From a bacterium (lineage in GTDB: Bacteria; UBP6; UBA1177; G963667425): a stretch of DNA of 64,000 bases. The DNA lies in assembly GCA_963667425.1 (NCBI GenBank), contig OY763407.1, positions 2,009,226 through 2,073,225 on the forward strand, written 5' to 3'. Below are positions 18,379 through 27,123 of this stretch, piece after piece (positions within the stretch are counted from its first letter, which is position 1; every line of letters begins with the position of its first letter). The notes beneath the pieces were generated by a model. That model was given only the letters and a program-made list of their open reading frames with translations. It made no database searches and was not told the origin of the DNA. The translations under genes were made by a program, and so were the position numbers.

Positions 18379-19053
18379 TCACATACCAAGCTTACTGAAC
18401 CACTCATTGTTGCCCTTAAATGCAACTTTTGCAAGAAGTTTAAGATCACTTACAAAATCTTCAAGCTCGGCAATTCTGGCATCTCTTGCATCAGTTGCGG
18501 CAACAGCTTCAGCCTTTTCCTTTTCAGCTGTTATTCTCTTTTCTGAAACGTTATCAACAAGGGTTCTGCGACCTTTGAGCTTTTCATCTGTAAGACCAAA
18601 CTCGCTTAAAGTCTCGGTAACTTCACTGTTTCCAAGTGCATTGTCATAAAATGTTCTAAGCTCTGATATCCACGACGAATAGGCTCTGTTTCTTGAGCCT
18701 TTAAGATTTAAAAGAGTCTCTTTTTCACTGTCATTTTCAAATGCGATTCTTGCAATTTTAACATCTTTCATGTAAAGGGTGTCAAGCTCGCCTTTTGCAC
18801 TGTTAAATTCCTCAACTGCCTTATACTGCTCGGAGTATTCCTTTTTCTGGGCATTTACACTTTCAATTGTACGTTCCAGAATAAGCAGTGCATTGACAAG
18901 TTCGGTATCTCCTATTCCGTACTTTCCAATTGCGCTCTTCATTTCGGGGTTGTTTCTGATACCTTTGATGATGAGTTCTGCATTTGTGATTCTATCATCT
19001 ACAGAAATCGTTTTTACAGTTCTCTTTTTCGTTTCTTTTACTTCTTCAGCCAT
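18379..19053 (-). CDS. Hypothetical cytoplasmic, predicted all-helical protein (224 aa)
   Basis: Strong RBS (AGGAG 7 nt upstream of the ATG at 19053). No signal peptide. K/E-rich helical composition. I recognise no family. 10-nt gap to the next gene. Confidence 0.7.
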   Translation of the reverse strand: MAEEVKETKKRTVKTISVDDRITNAELIIKGIRNNPEMKSAIGKYGIGDTELVNALLILERTIESVNAQKKEYSEQYKAVEEFNSAKGELDTLYMKDVKIARIAFENDSEKETLLNLKGSRNRAYSSWISELRTFYDNALGNSEVTETLSEFGLTDEKLKGRRTLVDNVSEKRITAEKEKAEAVAATDARDARIAELEDFVSDLKLLAKVAFKGNNEWFSKLGM

Positions 19054-19103
19054 AAGTTACTCCTGCTTTATGATTGGTAAAACCGTTTATATGACAAAGT
19101 AAC

Positions 19104-19312
19104 GGCACTATGTCATGCCTGCAATGAAAAAAATGGTAAGTGGCAGTTGCAGTGTCATTCCCGCACTCAAAAGAATCATTAAGCGGCGCAGCAATGTCAT
19201 GCCTGCAATAAAATAAATGGTTCGTAACAGACGCAATGCCTTTTCTGCACGGGAAAAAACGCCCCGTGGCAGACGCAATGCCTTTTCTGCACGAAAAAAA
19301 TCGCTCTGCGGC
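19104..19312. repeat. Five degenerate, contiguous tandem repeats of about 41-43 bp, GC-richer than the flanks
   Basis: Units are 19104-19144, 19145-19187, 19188-19228, 19229-19270 and 19271-19312. Units 4 and 5 share an identical 22-mer, AGACGCAATGCCTTTTCTGCAC. Units 1 and 3 share ATGTCATGCCTGCAAT. Most units have a GGCA-loop-TGCC mini-hairpin and an A/T run. Confidence 0.85.
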
Positions 19313-19441
19313 GCTCCTTTGCTTTTCCTCTCTTTGCACCCATGACGTTGTAAAGGTAAAACGCCTTAAAATTTTGCTTACCTGCGACAATGTATCTCTG
19401 ATTTGTTCCATGCTACACACTTTTTGTAATCGTTTTGACTT

Positions 19442-19469
19442 ATTTTATTAAATGAGGCGGTGATGTAAA
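19442..19469 (-). promoter_or_regulatory. Possible sigma70-type promoter reading into the repeat array and the 224-aa gene
   Basis: On the minus strand: TTTACA (19469-19464), 16 nt, TAAAAT (19447-19442). It sits just downstream of the CARF-nuclease stop. Confidence 0.3.
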
Positions 19470-19485
19470 GAAAAAAGTTTATCTC

Positions 19486-21060
19486 TCAGAGATATCTTTC
19501 CGCTATTGAAAGGAGTTTTGTCTCTATCTGATCTAGCGGCGTGACTGTTTTGTCGGTCTGGGTGAGAAAATTTATCCATGTGCTTGTGTGTCTTACCCCT
19601 TTTTTGCGGAGCTGGCTCATGAAATGCTGGTCTTTTGTTTCGAGTTTTTCAATGTCTGTTGATGACCATGGAAAAACGATGTCCATTTCGACTGTTCTGC
19701 CGAGATATTTCCTTATTACAAGTAGTCTTGAGTTTATATCTTTGTTGTATGTCTGGCTGCTTTTGGCTTCAAAGATATGGATGTGTCCGTTTCCGAATAC
19801 GACCATTGTGTCGAGTTCTATCATTGTGCCGAGTTCTTTGTCTATTTTTACGTTCTGATAGACTGATGTTATGCTTTCTTTGAGTATGGGGTTCTTTTCG
19901 ATTGCTCTGCATACGGCGTAGCTTACAAGTTTTTCAAATACGTTTGCTATTGTTGTTCTGCTGGTAAGGAAAACCTTTTCGCCTGATTCATCTATTAATG
20001 GTTTGGAACTGTAGCTGTTATATAACTGTTCAGGAAAGCTTACCTGATTTATTTTTCTCATTGTCTTGCCGTACTGCATCATTGTGAATGTTGTGTCGGA
20101 TGCGAGTGCTGCGATTTTGCTTTTCACTTCGTTTGATATTTCCGCAAAGTTTCCGGTTATGATTTTATCAATGTTGTGATAAAGTTTTGTTTCTGATGCT
20201 TTTACAACTTCACTGTAGTCTTCAAAAAACTTGGGATCTGAAATGTACTCTTCCCTGAAGTAGTTTACAAAGGTGTTTTTAAGTTCCTTCACTGTGTTTT
20301 TTATGGCATCTAATGAGTCGTTTTCGTTTCTCGGTATTATTCCGGTGAGTGTGTCTTCTACTTCGGAGAGTTCTTTTTCTATGAATTTGTGAATTATCGA
20401 TTCGTCTCCGTATTTTGATGCGGCTTCTTTTATGTTTTCAAATGAGAGGAAGTAGGATCTGAGGTTTACGTCGCCGCATATTTCATCAAAGAGTCTGCTG
20501 TAGCTTTCCAGTCCTGTGAACCAGCAGTATTTGTCGTTATAGATTTCCTTGTATTCCCGAAGTGTTGCACCGTACATTTCGACTCTTTCCTTTATGTTCC
20601 AGTCGAATTTTACGGGGAAGGTTTCCTGTGCAAAGCTTTTTTCGTGTACTTTTATAAGGTATATTTTTCTCACGTCAGGGTCGAAGTATATCATTGAAAA
20701 GGAAATATTTACTTTTTCAGCGAGTCTTTTAAGGTAGTTCCCGGCTGTTATTCTGTGGATTCCCTTTCCTGAGCTTGCATCGAGCACCATGTTTGTCACT
20801 TTTTTCTCAGCTATGAGCTCTCTTGTGTGTATTTTTATGATGTCTACTATTGCTGTCATCGTGGATGTCTTGTCGATGAAGATGTTTTTGTATTCTATGG
20901 CTTTTCCGCTTAGTGAAACAAGTAGCGGAATCTGCTCGTACCATTTTTCTTCTGCCGCTTTGGGTGTTGTGAAAAAGAGTATGTAGTCGGGGTTTGCCTG
21001 TTTTATTATAGATGCCTGAACAACTGTCTGTCTTGAGACAAAAGCAATTAGTAGGTTCAT
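19486..21060 (-). CDS. Card1/Can2-like (DUF1887-type) protein: N-terminal CARF-like domain, long inserted helical region, C-terminal PD-(D/E)xK nuclease
   Basis: The ATG at 21060 has AGGAG 5 nt upstream; the track ORF starts at 21096. NLLIAFVSRQTVVQASIIKQ resembles the Card1 beta1 strand (LVSEQTIPN type). VLDASSGKG (aa 92-100) sits where Card1 has ITGGTK. The nuclease core is FEKLV (E376), ELD (D417) and IFEAKS (E431, K433), at 19762-19818. Confidence 0.6.
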   Translation of the reverse strand: MNLLIAFVSRQTVVQASIIKQANPDYILFFTTPKAAEEKWYEQIPLLVSLSGKAIEYKNIFIDKTSTMTAIVDIIKIHTRELIAEKKVTNMVLDASSGKGIHRITAGNYLKRLAEKVNISFSMIYFDPDVRKIYLIKVHEKSFAQETFPVKFDWNIKERVEMYGATLREYKEIYNDKYCWFTGLESYSRLFDEICGDVNLRSYFLSFENIKEAASKYGDESIIHKFIEKELSEVEDTLTGIIPRNENDSLDAIKNTVKELKNTFVNYFREEYISDPKFFEDYSEVVKASETKLYHNIDKIITGNFAEISNEVKSKIAALASDTTFTMMQYGKTMRKINQVSFPEQLYNSYSSKPLIDESGEKVFLTSRTTIANVFEKLVSYAVCRAIEKNPILKESITSVYQNVKIDKELGTMIELDTMVVFGNGHIHIFEAKSSQTYNKDINSRLLVIRKYLGRTVEMDIVFPWSSTDIEKLETKDQHFMSQLRKKGVRHTSTWINFLTQTDKTVTPLDQIETKLLSIAERYL

Positions 21061-21071
21061 TTTTTCTCCTT

Positions 21072-22814
21072 TTATGGAAGTATGATAAGAGAGCATCCGC
21101 TCGATTTTCTTGGTTTTTCTGCTGGAACGCCGCTGTCTTCGTCTGGAGTTTCTGATGAGTCATCGGTATCTTCGTCAGGCACTTCGATGTTTTCACATTC
21201 TGTTCCGCCCCAACCACCTATCGTGTCAATTTCAATTGATGTTTTTGATATATCGAAATCTATTTTACCTTTTACGCTTCCATTGTCCCAGTAGTTTTCG
21301 GTTGTAGATGGTACTCTGTATTTTGGTGCGTATGCATTTGCAAGGTGAACTCCCATTTTATGCCCTTTGTTGAATATTATTGATAGGTATCCGACGTTGA
21401 ATTCCATTTCTGTTAAAACGTCTGACTCTATTAGCTTTTCATTTTCGAGTCCGTCACGGAATCTTACTTTTCTTCCCCCTTCGAGCATGAGATATTCCGT
21501 GCCGTCAGGATAGATGTCGGTTATTACTGCAACTAAGTCAAAGTCTTTAAGCTCTGTTGTAAAAGCTGTTTTAACATTTATTGCACCTGTAAGTTCGGTC
21601 GGCTCATCGAATGGTTCTGTCTCAAATGATATTACATCTTTTCTTAATCTGTAGACTGAAACGTCGCATGGTCCTGGGTTTATTGTAAGGTTGTTGCCGC
21701 ATATCGTAGGGAAAGGGTTTGCGTAATCAAAGTTAAGAACGAAATTTCCCTTTCCGCATCTCCCTTTTTTAAGTTTAAGGTTTTCGTCTGCGGTAAGTAT
21801 AACTTTTACTGCATTTTCCGGTGGAAATGTTTCGGATGTTTTCCATTCGTTTCCCGGAGCGGATGTGTCTGAAACGTCTCCGATTGTATAGTATGTAACA
21901 GCTGCCAGTGCTGCTTTAGGCATAGTTGGGAAAAGGTAGTGAAAAAGAAGCATATATGCGGGATCATCTTCACCTTCAAAATATCTTGCCGCATTTTCGG
22001 GGAATGTGAGTGAGCCGGATTTGGAGGTTGAAATGGTTCCGTGAGACCATGGTCCTATTACAAGATGCTGATCAGGCGCACTACTTTCCTGATAGAGTTT
22101 AAAGGTGTCGATCTGCTCTCTTGTAAACATGTCGAACCAGCCTGAAATATGTGTTGCAGGAATGGTAAGGTTTGCTTTTCTTGTAAAGAGATCTGTATCA
22201 TTCCAATAGCTGTTTGTTTTGCTGTACATGTTGTCTTTCATGAGATCCTCTATGAAAAAAGAGGCTCCCTGATCCTGTAGCCATAATGTCATTGCATGTT
22301 CACGAAGCATTCCTCCGGGAAAAAATACGCCATCGTAAAGGTCTCCTGCGGCAATTGAGATAATCTGATAGACTAAAGAAGGTTTTTCATCGAGTCCTGC
22401 CATGAAGTACTGGGTAAGTCCTTCGGCTGATCCACCTATTGTAGCTATTTTCCCGTTGCACCATGTCTGAGCTGTTATCCATTTTAAAGTATCGTAGCCG
22501 TCTTTTTTTTCTCCCCAGCCATCTGAGTGCCAGACAGAATGGATTCCTTCCGATCCGAGCCTTCCGCGAACTGACTGTGCAACAAATATGACTCCGTTTG
22601 TGGAAAGTGTTTTTCCTATTTCTTCCTTATCTTCCCTGTTGTATGGTGAGCGGTTTAGAATAACAGGATATGTGTTTCCTTCCATGTTGTCAGGAAAATA
22701 TATATCAGCCGCGAGATTTGTTCCATCGTCCATAGGAATATCAAAAGTCTTTTTCTCAAATGCAGATAATACTGATACTAAAAGAAGAGTTACAATAATT
22801 AAAAGCTTTTTCAT
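21072..22814 (-). CDS. CocE/NonD-family hydrolase (S15 X-Pro dipeptidyl-peptidase-like), secreted, with acidic C-terminal tail
   Basis: Signal peptide MKKLLIIVTLLLVSVLSA. FDIPMDDGTNLAADIYFP...PVILNRSPY. GGSAEG nucleophile elbow. The ATG at 22814 has GGAG upstream. Confidence 0.8.
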   Translation of the reverse strand: MKKLLIIVTLLLVSVLSAFEKKTFDIPMDDGTNLAADIYFPDNMEGNTYPVILNRSPYNREDKEEIGKTLSTNGVIFVAQSVRGRLGSEGIHSVWHSDGWGEKKDGYDTLKWITAQTWCNGKIATIGGSAEGLTQYFMAGLDEKPSLVYQIISIAAGDLYDGVFFPGGMLREHAMTLWLQDQGASFFIEDLMKDNMYSKTNSYWNDTDLFTRKANLTIPATHISGWFDMFTREQIDTFKLYQESSAPDQHLVIGPWSHGTISTSKSGSLTFPENAARYFEGEDDPAYMLLFHYLFPTMPKAALAAVTYYTIGDVSDTSAPGNEWKTSETFPPENAVKVILTADENLKLKKGRCGKGNFVLNFDYANPFPTICGNNLTINPGPCDVSVYRLRKDVISFETEPFDEPTELTGAINVKTAFTTELKDFDLVAVITDIYPDGTEYLMLEGGRKVRFRDGLENEKLIESDVLTEMEFNVGYLSIIFNKGHKMGVHLANAYAPKYRVPSTTENYWDNGSVKGKIDFDISKTSIEIDTIGGWGGTECENIEVPDEDTDDSSETPDEDSGVPAEKPRKSSGCSLIILP

Positions 22815-22915
22815 TATAGTCTCCATATGAACGAAATATGAAAGATTCTAGCAGAAGAGGTATTTGTGTCAAGGAAAGCAATATTTCATAACAATAAAGA
22901 GTTGTTACATAAAAA

Positions 22916-22943
22916 TTGAATTGCAGAGTTCTATGGGTATAAT
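22916..22943 (+). promoter_or_regulatory. Putative sigma70-type promoter for the small ORF-rluD unit
   Basis: TTGAAT (22916-22921), 16 nt, TATAAT (22938-22943). Confidence 0.4.
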
Positions 22944-22961
22944 TCTGCCAGCATTTTGCGT

Positions 22962-23243
22962 ATGAAGAGAGGGCTTTTGAGCAAAACAAAAGATATCGAA
23001 AAGGCAAGAAGGCTTGCGAGAACCATTATTTCAGATATTGTTGCTTACAATCCTGAGAAAGTCGAAAAAGGCATTGTTGAAGATTCACTCTTTCAGCTTC
23101 TGGAAAAGGAATTTGAGGAGGGTTACGGCTTTTATAAGGATTCCGTTGATGATTCGATCCTTTCAAGGTATAACTTTTTTGATGATGCAATTCTGGAATT
23201 AGTTCTTCAGGGTTATAGTTATATAAATTCAAAAATTTGGTAA
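22962..23243 (+). CDS. Small hypothetical protein (about 93 aa), co-oriented 4 nt upstream of rluD
   Basis: ORF only. ATG at 22962; the track TTG is at 22956. Acidic, helical composition. Confidence 0.5.
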   Translation: MKRGLLSKTKDIEKARRLARTIISDIVAYNPEKVEKGIVEDSLFQLLEKEFEEGYGFYKDSVDDSILSRYNFFDDAILELVLQGYSYINSKIW

Positions 23244-23247
23244 AAAA

Positions 23248-24219
23248 ATGATTTGTAATGAAGATCTTTCTCTGATTTTTTCTCTTACTGAGCCTTGTCC
23301 TGTGAGGGCAGATAAACTTATTTCAGATCTTACTAGTTTTTCCAGAGAGAGAATCGCAAAAAATATAGAAGCTGGAAACATCCTTTTAAATGATGTAGTA
23401 ATAACAAAAAAGTCTTTCAGAAATTTTAAGAGAAAAGATATTATTGAAATAGAGATTGAACCACTTGAAGAACTTTCTCTTGAACCTCAGGATGTTAATA
23501 TAAGTGTGGTTTTTGAAAATGACGACTTTATAATAGTCAATAAACCGGCAGGTCTTGTCGTTCATCCTGCTCCGGGTCATCCTTCAGGAACACTTATGAA
23601 TGGTGTTATTTTCCATCTTAAACATCTGGCTCATAATTCGGATAATATCAGACCTGGACTTGTTCACAGAATCGATAAGGATACTTCAGGACTTCTTGTT
23701 ATTGCAAAGAATTCAAAAACTTTTGAAGAACTTGCTACTAAATTTGCTGTGCATGATATAAAAAGGACATATTATGCTCTGGTGTGGGGTCATCTTAAGG
23801 AAAAGAGCGGAACTGTTGAAACTTTTCACGGCAGAGACAGAACAAACAGACTGCGGTTTTCTCCAGATGCTTCAAACGGCAGAAAGGCTGTTACGCATTT
23901 TGCTGTTGAAGCTGAATTCAGCCATTCATCTCTTGTAAAGCTTAATCTTGAAACCGGAAGAACACATCAGATCAGAATGCATATGAAACATATTGGACAC
24001 CCTATTATTAATGATGAACTTTATGGAGGTATAAGAAAAACTGACGACGGAAATTTTAATCATCTTATAAATGGAAATAACAGACAGCTTCTTCATGCTG
24101 CGGTTTTAGGATTTAATCTTTTCGGTAGTGATTTTTATTTTGAATCACAGTTACCGGATGATTTTAACAGTGTACTTACATTTTTAAATAATGGAGAAAC
24201 ATACGCCTTATTCAGATAA
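23248..24219 (+). CDS. rluD: RluA-family 23S rRNA pseudouridine synthase (RluD-like)
   Basis: S4-like N-terminal domain, HRIDKDTSGLLV catalytic motif, GRTHQIRMH. Confidence 0.85.
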   Translation: MICNEDLSLIFSLTEPCPVRADKLISDLTSFSRERIAKNIEAGNILLNDVVITKKSFRNFKRKDIIEIEIEPLEELSLEPQDVNISVVFENDDFIIVNKPAGLVVHPAPGHPSGTLMNGVIFHLKHLAHNSDNIRPGLVHRIDKDTSGLLVIAKNSKTFEELATKFAVHDIKRTYYALVWGHLKEKSGTVETFHGRDRTNRLRFSPDASNGRKAVTHFAVEAEFSHSSLVKLNLETGRTHQIRMHMKHIGHPIINDELYGGIRKTDDGNFNHLINGNNRQLLHAAVLGFNLFGSDFYFESQLPDDFNSVLTFLNNGETYALFR

Positions 24220-24249
24220 TCAGGCGTGTTAATGTTTCTGGAGGATAGT

Positions 24250-25719
24250 TTGAAAAAAATATTTTTACTGATTCTTCTTTTCTGCATAACTGCGGAGCTT
24301 AATGCTTTCGCTATGCTTGAACTTGCAGGAGCTCCGGGAGATATAAATCCTCTTGCTGCAAGAGCCGGCGGAAATACTGCCGCACAGTCATTCTTTAATT
24401 CATCAAAACTTGCCGATCTTAATGATTCTCTTTCAATAGGTTTTATGCTTTTTGTTCCCAACATGAACATTTCTCTGATGGATAAGGATCCGAAATACGA
24501 TGTTCCAACATCTATAGGCTATGCTTCTTCTCCTAACGAAAGCCCTTTATGGAACAACTCTTCAAGTTATGTCCCTCTTTCAACTCAAAGCGTTGAAAAC
24601 CTTACTCCACGTGGCAGTAAGCAGTCTCAGGAAACTGTTCCCTATATTACAATTGGAGCTGTTACACATATTTATAAAAAAGATCTTGCTGTGGGGTTTT
24701 TCGCAATGCTCCCTGCATCAAATGTTGTAAGTATTTCGCCACATTATGTTGATGAAAGGGAACAGTATTTTACAAACTCTCTTCACTATGAACTTTATGA
24801 GGATGCTCTTACGTATCCTTTCATTTCCGTAGCTGTATCATACAGATTAAATGAAGCTGTTTCAATGGGTTTCGGAATGATGATAGGAGGAAAAGCCTTC
24901 GTAAATGCAGATGTTTATGTTCCTGAAGCAACCCATCAGGAAATTATTCTTGTTGGTCCGGATGTTGATTTCAGAGCCGATTTTTACCCTCATTTCGCCT
25001 TTCAGCTGACCCCTATCAACAATCTATCTCTAAGCGCAACTTTACAACTGACATCTCTCATAAAAGCTGATACAACTGTCGGAATGATAGTTAACGGTAT
25101 GCAGGATGAGAATGGAAATCAGAAAGTTACTGATACATCACTCCTTATTCAGGCGGCATATCAGCCACTTAAAACATCTTTGAATGGTTCATATAAAATA
25201 GATCTTGAAGATGCTTCTTCAATTTCTTTTATGATATCTCTCCTTTACAGCAGGTGGTCTGATTATTCAAACAGATTTGGTGAAAAACCTCTTGACACAT
25301 GGTATGACACAGTATCTGTAAGTTTCGGAAGCAGACTGGATCTTATTGAAAGATCTTTCGGATTTGATTTATCATATGTTCCGACCCCTGTTCCTGATCA
25401 GTATGGAAGAACTAATTATGTTGATAACGACAGGCTTGGAATGAATTTTTCATGGCAGGAATATTTCCAGCTTAAAAAATATTCTTTAACTCTTGGAATA
25501 AATGCCGGGATGACATACCTTTTCAAAAGAAGCGTAAAAAAATATCCTATGGCCAAAAATCCTGTAATAGATGAACTTCCTGATTATGCCATTGATTTCA
25601 GAACAGGAGAAATAATGACTGATGCGGCAGGTTTACAAACTAATAATCCAGGTTATCCAGGATTTTCAAGCAGCGGTTTCGCTGTTAACACAGGTATATC
25701 AATAACAATGGAGTTTTAA
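24250..25719 (+). CDS. Outer-membrane beta-barrel protein (possibly FadL/OmpP1-like transporter)
   Basis: The TTG at 24250 has GGAGG 5 nt upstream and gives MKKIFLLILLFCITAELNAFA. Alternative starts are GTG 24226 and ATG 24232. Beta-strand-rich; ends ISITMEF (terminal Phe). Confidence 0.6.
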   Translation: MKKIFLLILLFCITAELNAFAMLELAGAPGDINPLAARAGGNTAAQSFFNSSKLADLNDSLSIGFMLFVPNMNISLMDKDPKYDVPTSIGYASSPNESPLWNNSSSYVPLSTQSVENLTPRGSKQSQETVPYITIGAVTHIYKKDLAVGFFAMLPASNVVSISPHYVDEREQYFTNSLHYELYEDALTYPFISVAVSYRLNEAVSMGFGMMIGGKAFVNADVYVPEATHQEIILVGPDVDFRADFYPHFAFQLTPINNLSLSATLQLTSLIKADTTVGMIVNGMQDENGNQKVTDTSLLIQAAYQPLKTSLNGSYKIDLEDASSISFMISLLYSRWSDYSNRFGEKPLDTWYDTVSVSFGSRLDLIERSFGFDLSYVPTPVPDQYGRTNYVDNDRLGMNFSWQEYFQLKKYSLTLGINAGMTYLFKRSVKKYPMAKNPVIDELPDYAIDFRTGEIMTDAAGLQTNNPGYPGFSSSGFAVNTGISITMEF

Positions 25720-26675
25720 TGATGAAATATTTTATAATTTTATTAATTACATCTTTTTTGATGGTTTCATGCCAGATTGGTGATGAAACACAATTTATGA
25801 CCGAAGAAGAATATCAGCAGTGGCTTGCAGAACACGGTTCAAATCCTGTAACAGATAAAGACACTGAAACGTCCGATAAAGATAGTGTAACTGCTCCTGA
25901 TAATGAAACTGAAGATTTGGATACAACTATTGAAACAGATGAAGATACAGAAACACCGGATGAAGATATTCCTGTAGAAAAAACTCCTGATATAAGTGGA
26001 ATTTGGGCACAACTACAGATTCAGCATACTATCACTAAAGTTACTTCAATTATTACAACAACTCAAAACACTTTAACAAACAGATTAATGATCAGAAGAA
26101 TTGAACAGAATGGTGAAAGTCTTAAGATTGCAACTGAAATGTGTTATGTTGAAGTACAAACCGAAGACAATCCTGATCAGGGCGTAACATTTGAACCTGG
26201 ATACTGGGCAAATGCAACTGTTTTTGAAGAAGATTCAACAATAAGCAAAGTTGATGGCAACTGGTTATTTCACCAGCCTGTAAGATGGGAATTTCACGGA
26301 ATGAAAGATATGGTTCCCGGAGATGCTATGCCTAAAGACAAAAACGATTCCAGAGTATATGATGAAGATGAAGATGGCAATATAGGAGTAACTTTTCATA
26401 ATACCATAATACTTTCAGGAGATATGTATGTTGTTCAGAGAGGTTCCTTTGAACTTACATCTACAACGTTAACAGAAAATCATATTGACGGAAATCTTAA
26501 ATGGACAGAAGAACAGATTGTTCTTGATGCAAGCTCTTCTGTCTTAAAAGCAGCAAGAACAAGCTATATGAACCCTGCTTCAGGAAAAGAAAGTGTCTTT
26601 TACTCAACAAAACTGGATCATGATGTTGACTGCCAGTATATCATTGACAATCAGAATACTTTATTTCAGAGATAA
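25719..26675 (+). CDS. Lipoprotein with acidic T/D/E-rich linker, function unknown
   Basis: MMKYFIILLITSFLMVSCQ lipobox. The start overlaps the OMP stop (TAATG). Confidence 0.7.
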   Translation: MMKYFIILLITSFLMVSCQIGDETQFMTEEEYQQWLAEHGSNPVTDKDTETSDKDSVTAPDNETEDLDTTIETDEDTETPDEDIPVEKTPDISGIWAQLQIQHTITKVTSIITTTQNTLTNRLMIRRIEQNGESLKIATEMCYVEVQTEDNPDQGVTFEPGYWANATVFEEDSTISKVDGNWLFHQPVRWEFHGMKDMVPGDAMPKDKNDSRVYDEDEDGNIGVTFHNTIILSGDMYVVQRGSFELTSTTLTENHIDGNLKWTEEQIVLDASSSVLKAARTSYMNPASGKESVFYSTKLDHDVDCQYIIDNQNTLFQR

Positions 26676-26869
26676 AATCCCTTTTCAGAAAAGCTTCGAG
26701 AGTTTTTAAAGAAAAATTGTGATGAATGTTTGCAAAGAAATTTTAAAAGAAGCACAAAGTGCATTGAAGTTTAAAGAAACTCCCGAAGCAAAATAACCAA
26801 ACTTTTAAAAAGTCTAAAACTTCTTACGTTTATACTAACAACTGAACTGCGAAAAAATTCCAGAAAAAA

Positions 26870-27103
26870 TTAAAAAAATTCTTTTATGATATCATCTATG
26901 CTTCGTCTATCGTTTGGAAGTATTTCAGGAGGACACGAACCATATATTTCTGCAATTTGAAAACGCTTGCATTTACTCCAGTTTTCTTCCCCTGCATTAC
27001 AGAAAGAGTCCATATAAGCCTGTATTGTCATTTTCCTATTTCTTAATATTCCATTATAGATAGGACATCTTTCACTGTATTTACAAAGCATTTGTCTCTC
27101 CAA
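26870..27103 (-). CDS. Small Cys-rich hypothetical protein (77 aa, 5 Cys)
   Basis: ORF only. Cys spacing is C-x5-C ... C-x9-C-x11-C. Confidence 0.5.
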   Translation of the reverse strand: MERQMLCKYSERCPIYNGILRNRKMTIQAYMDSFCNAGEENWSKCKRFQIAEIYGSCPPEILPNDRRSIDDIIKEFF

Positions 27104-27123
27104 ATAAATTTATTTATTTTAAT

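Noticed and set aside
19104-19312. CRISPR array next to the CARF nuclease
   Set aside because: The ~42-bp units are contiguous and degenerate along their whole length. There is no alternation of conserved repeats with unique spacers, and no cas genes or leader-like context.
19236-19451. Plus-strand 71-aa ORF across the repeat region
   Set aside because: It has no RBS and lies antisense to the surrounding operon. It is open only because of the repeat composition.
20807-21217. 136-aa minus-strand ORF spanning the junction between the CocE gene and the CARF-nuclease gene
   Set aside because: It is out of frame with both well-supported genes and has a basic low-complexity translation.
11274-22826. 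Mobile genetic element (IS, integron, prophage or integrative island) as the cause of the rearrangements
   Set aside because: I found no transposase, integrase or recombinase ORF, and no terminal inverted repeats or tRNA attachment site. The junction shows microhomology, which fits illegitimate or unequal recombination.
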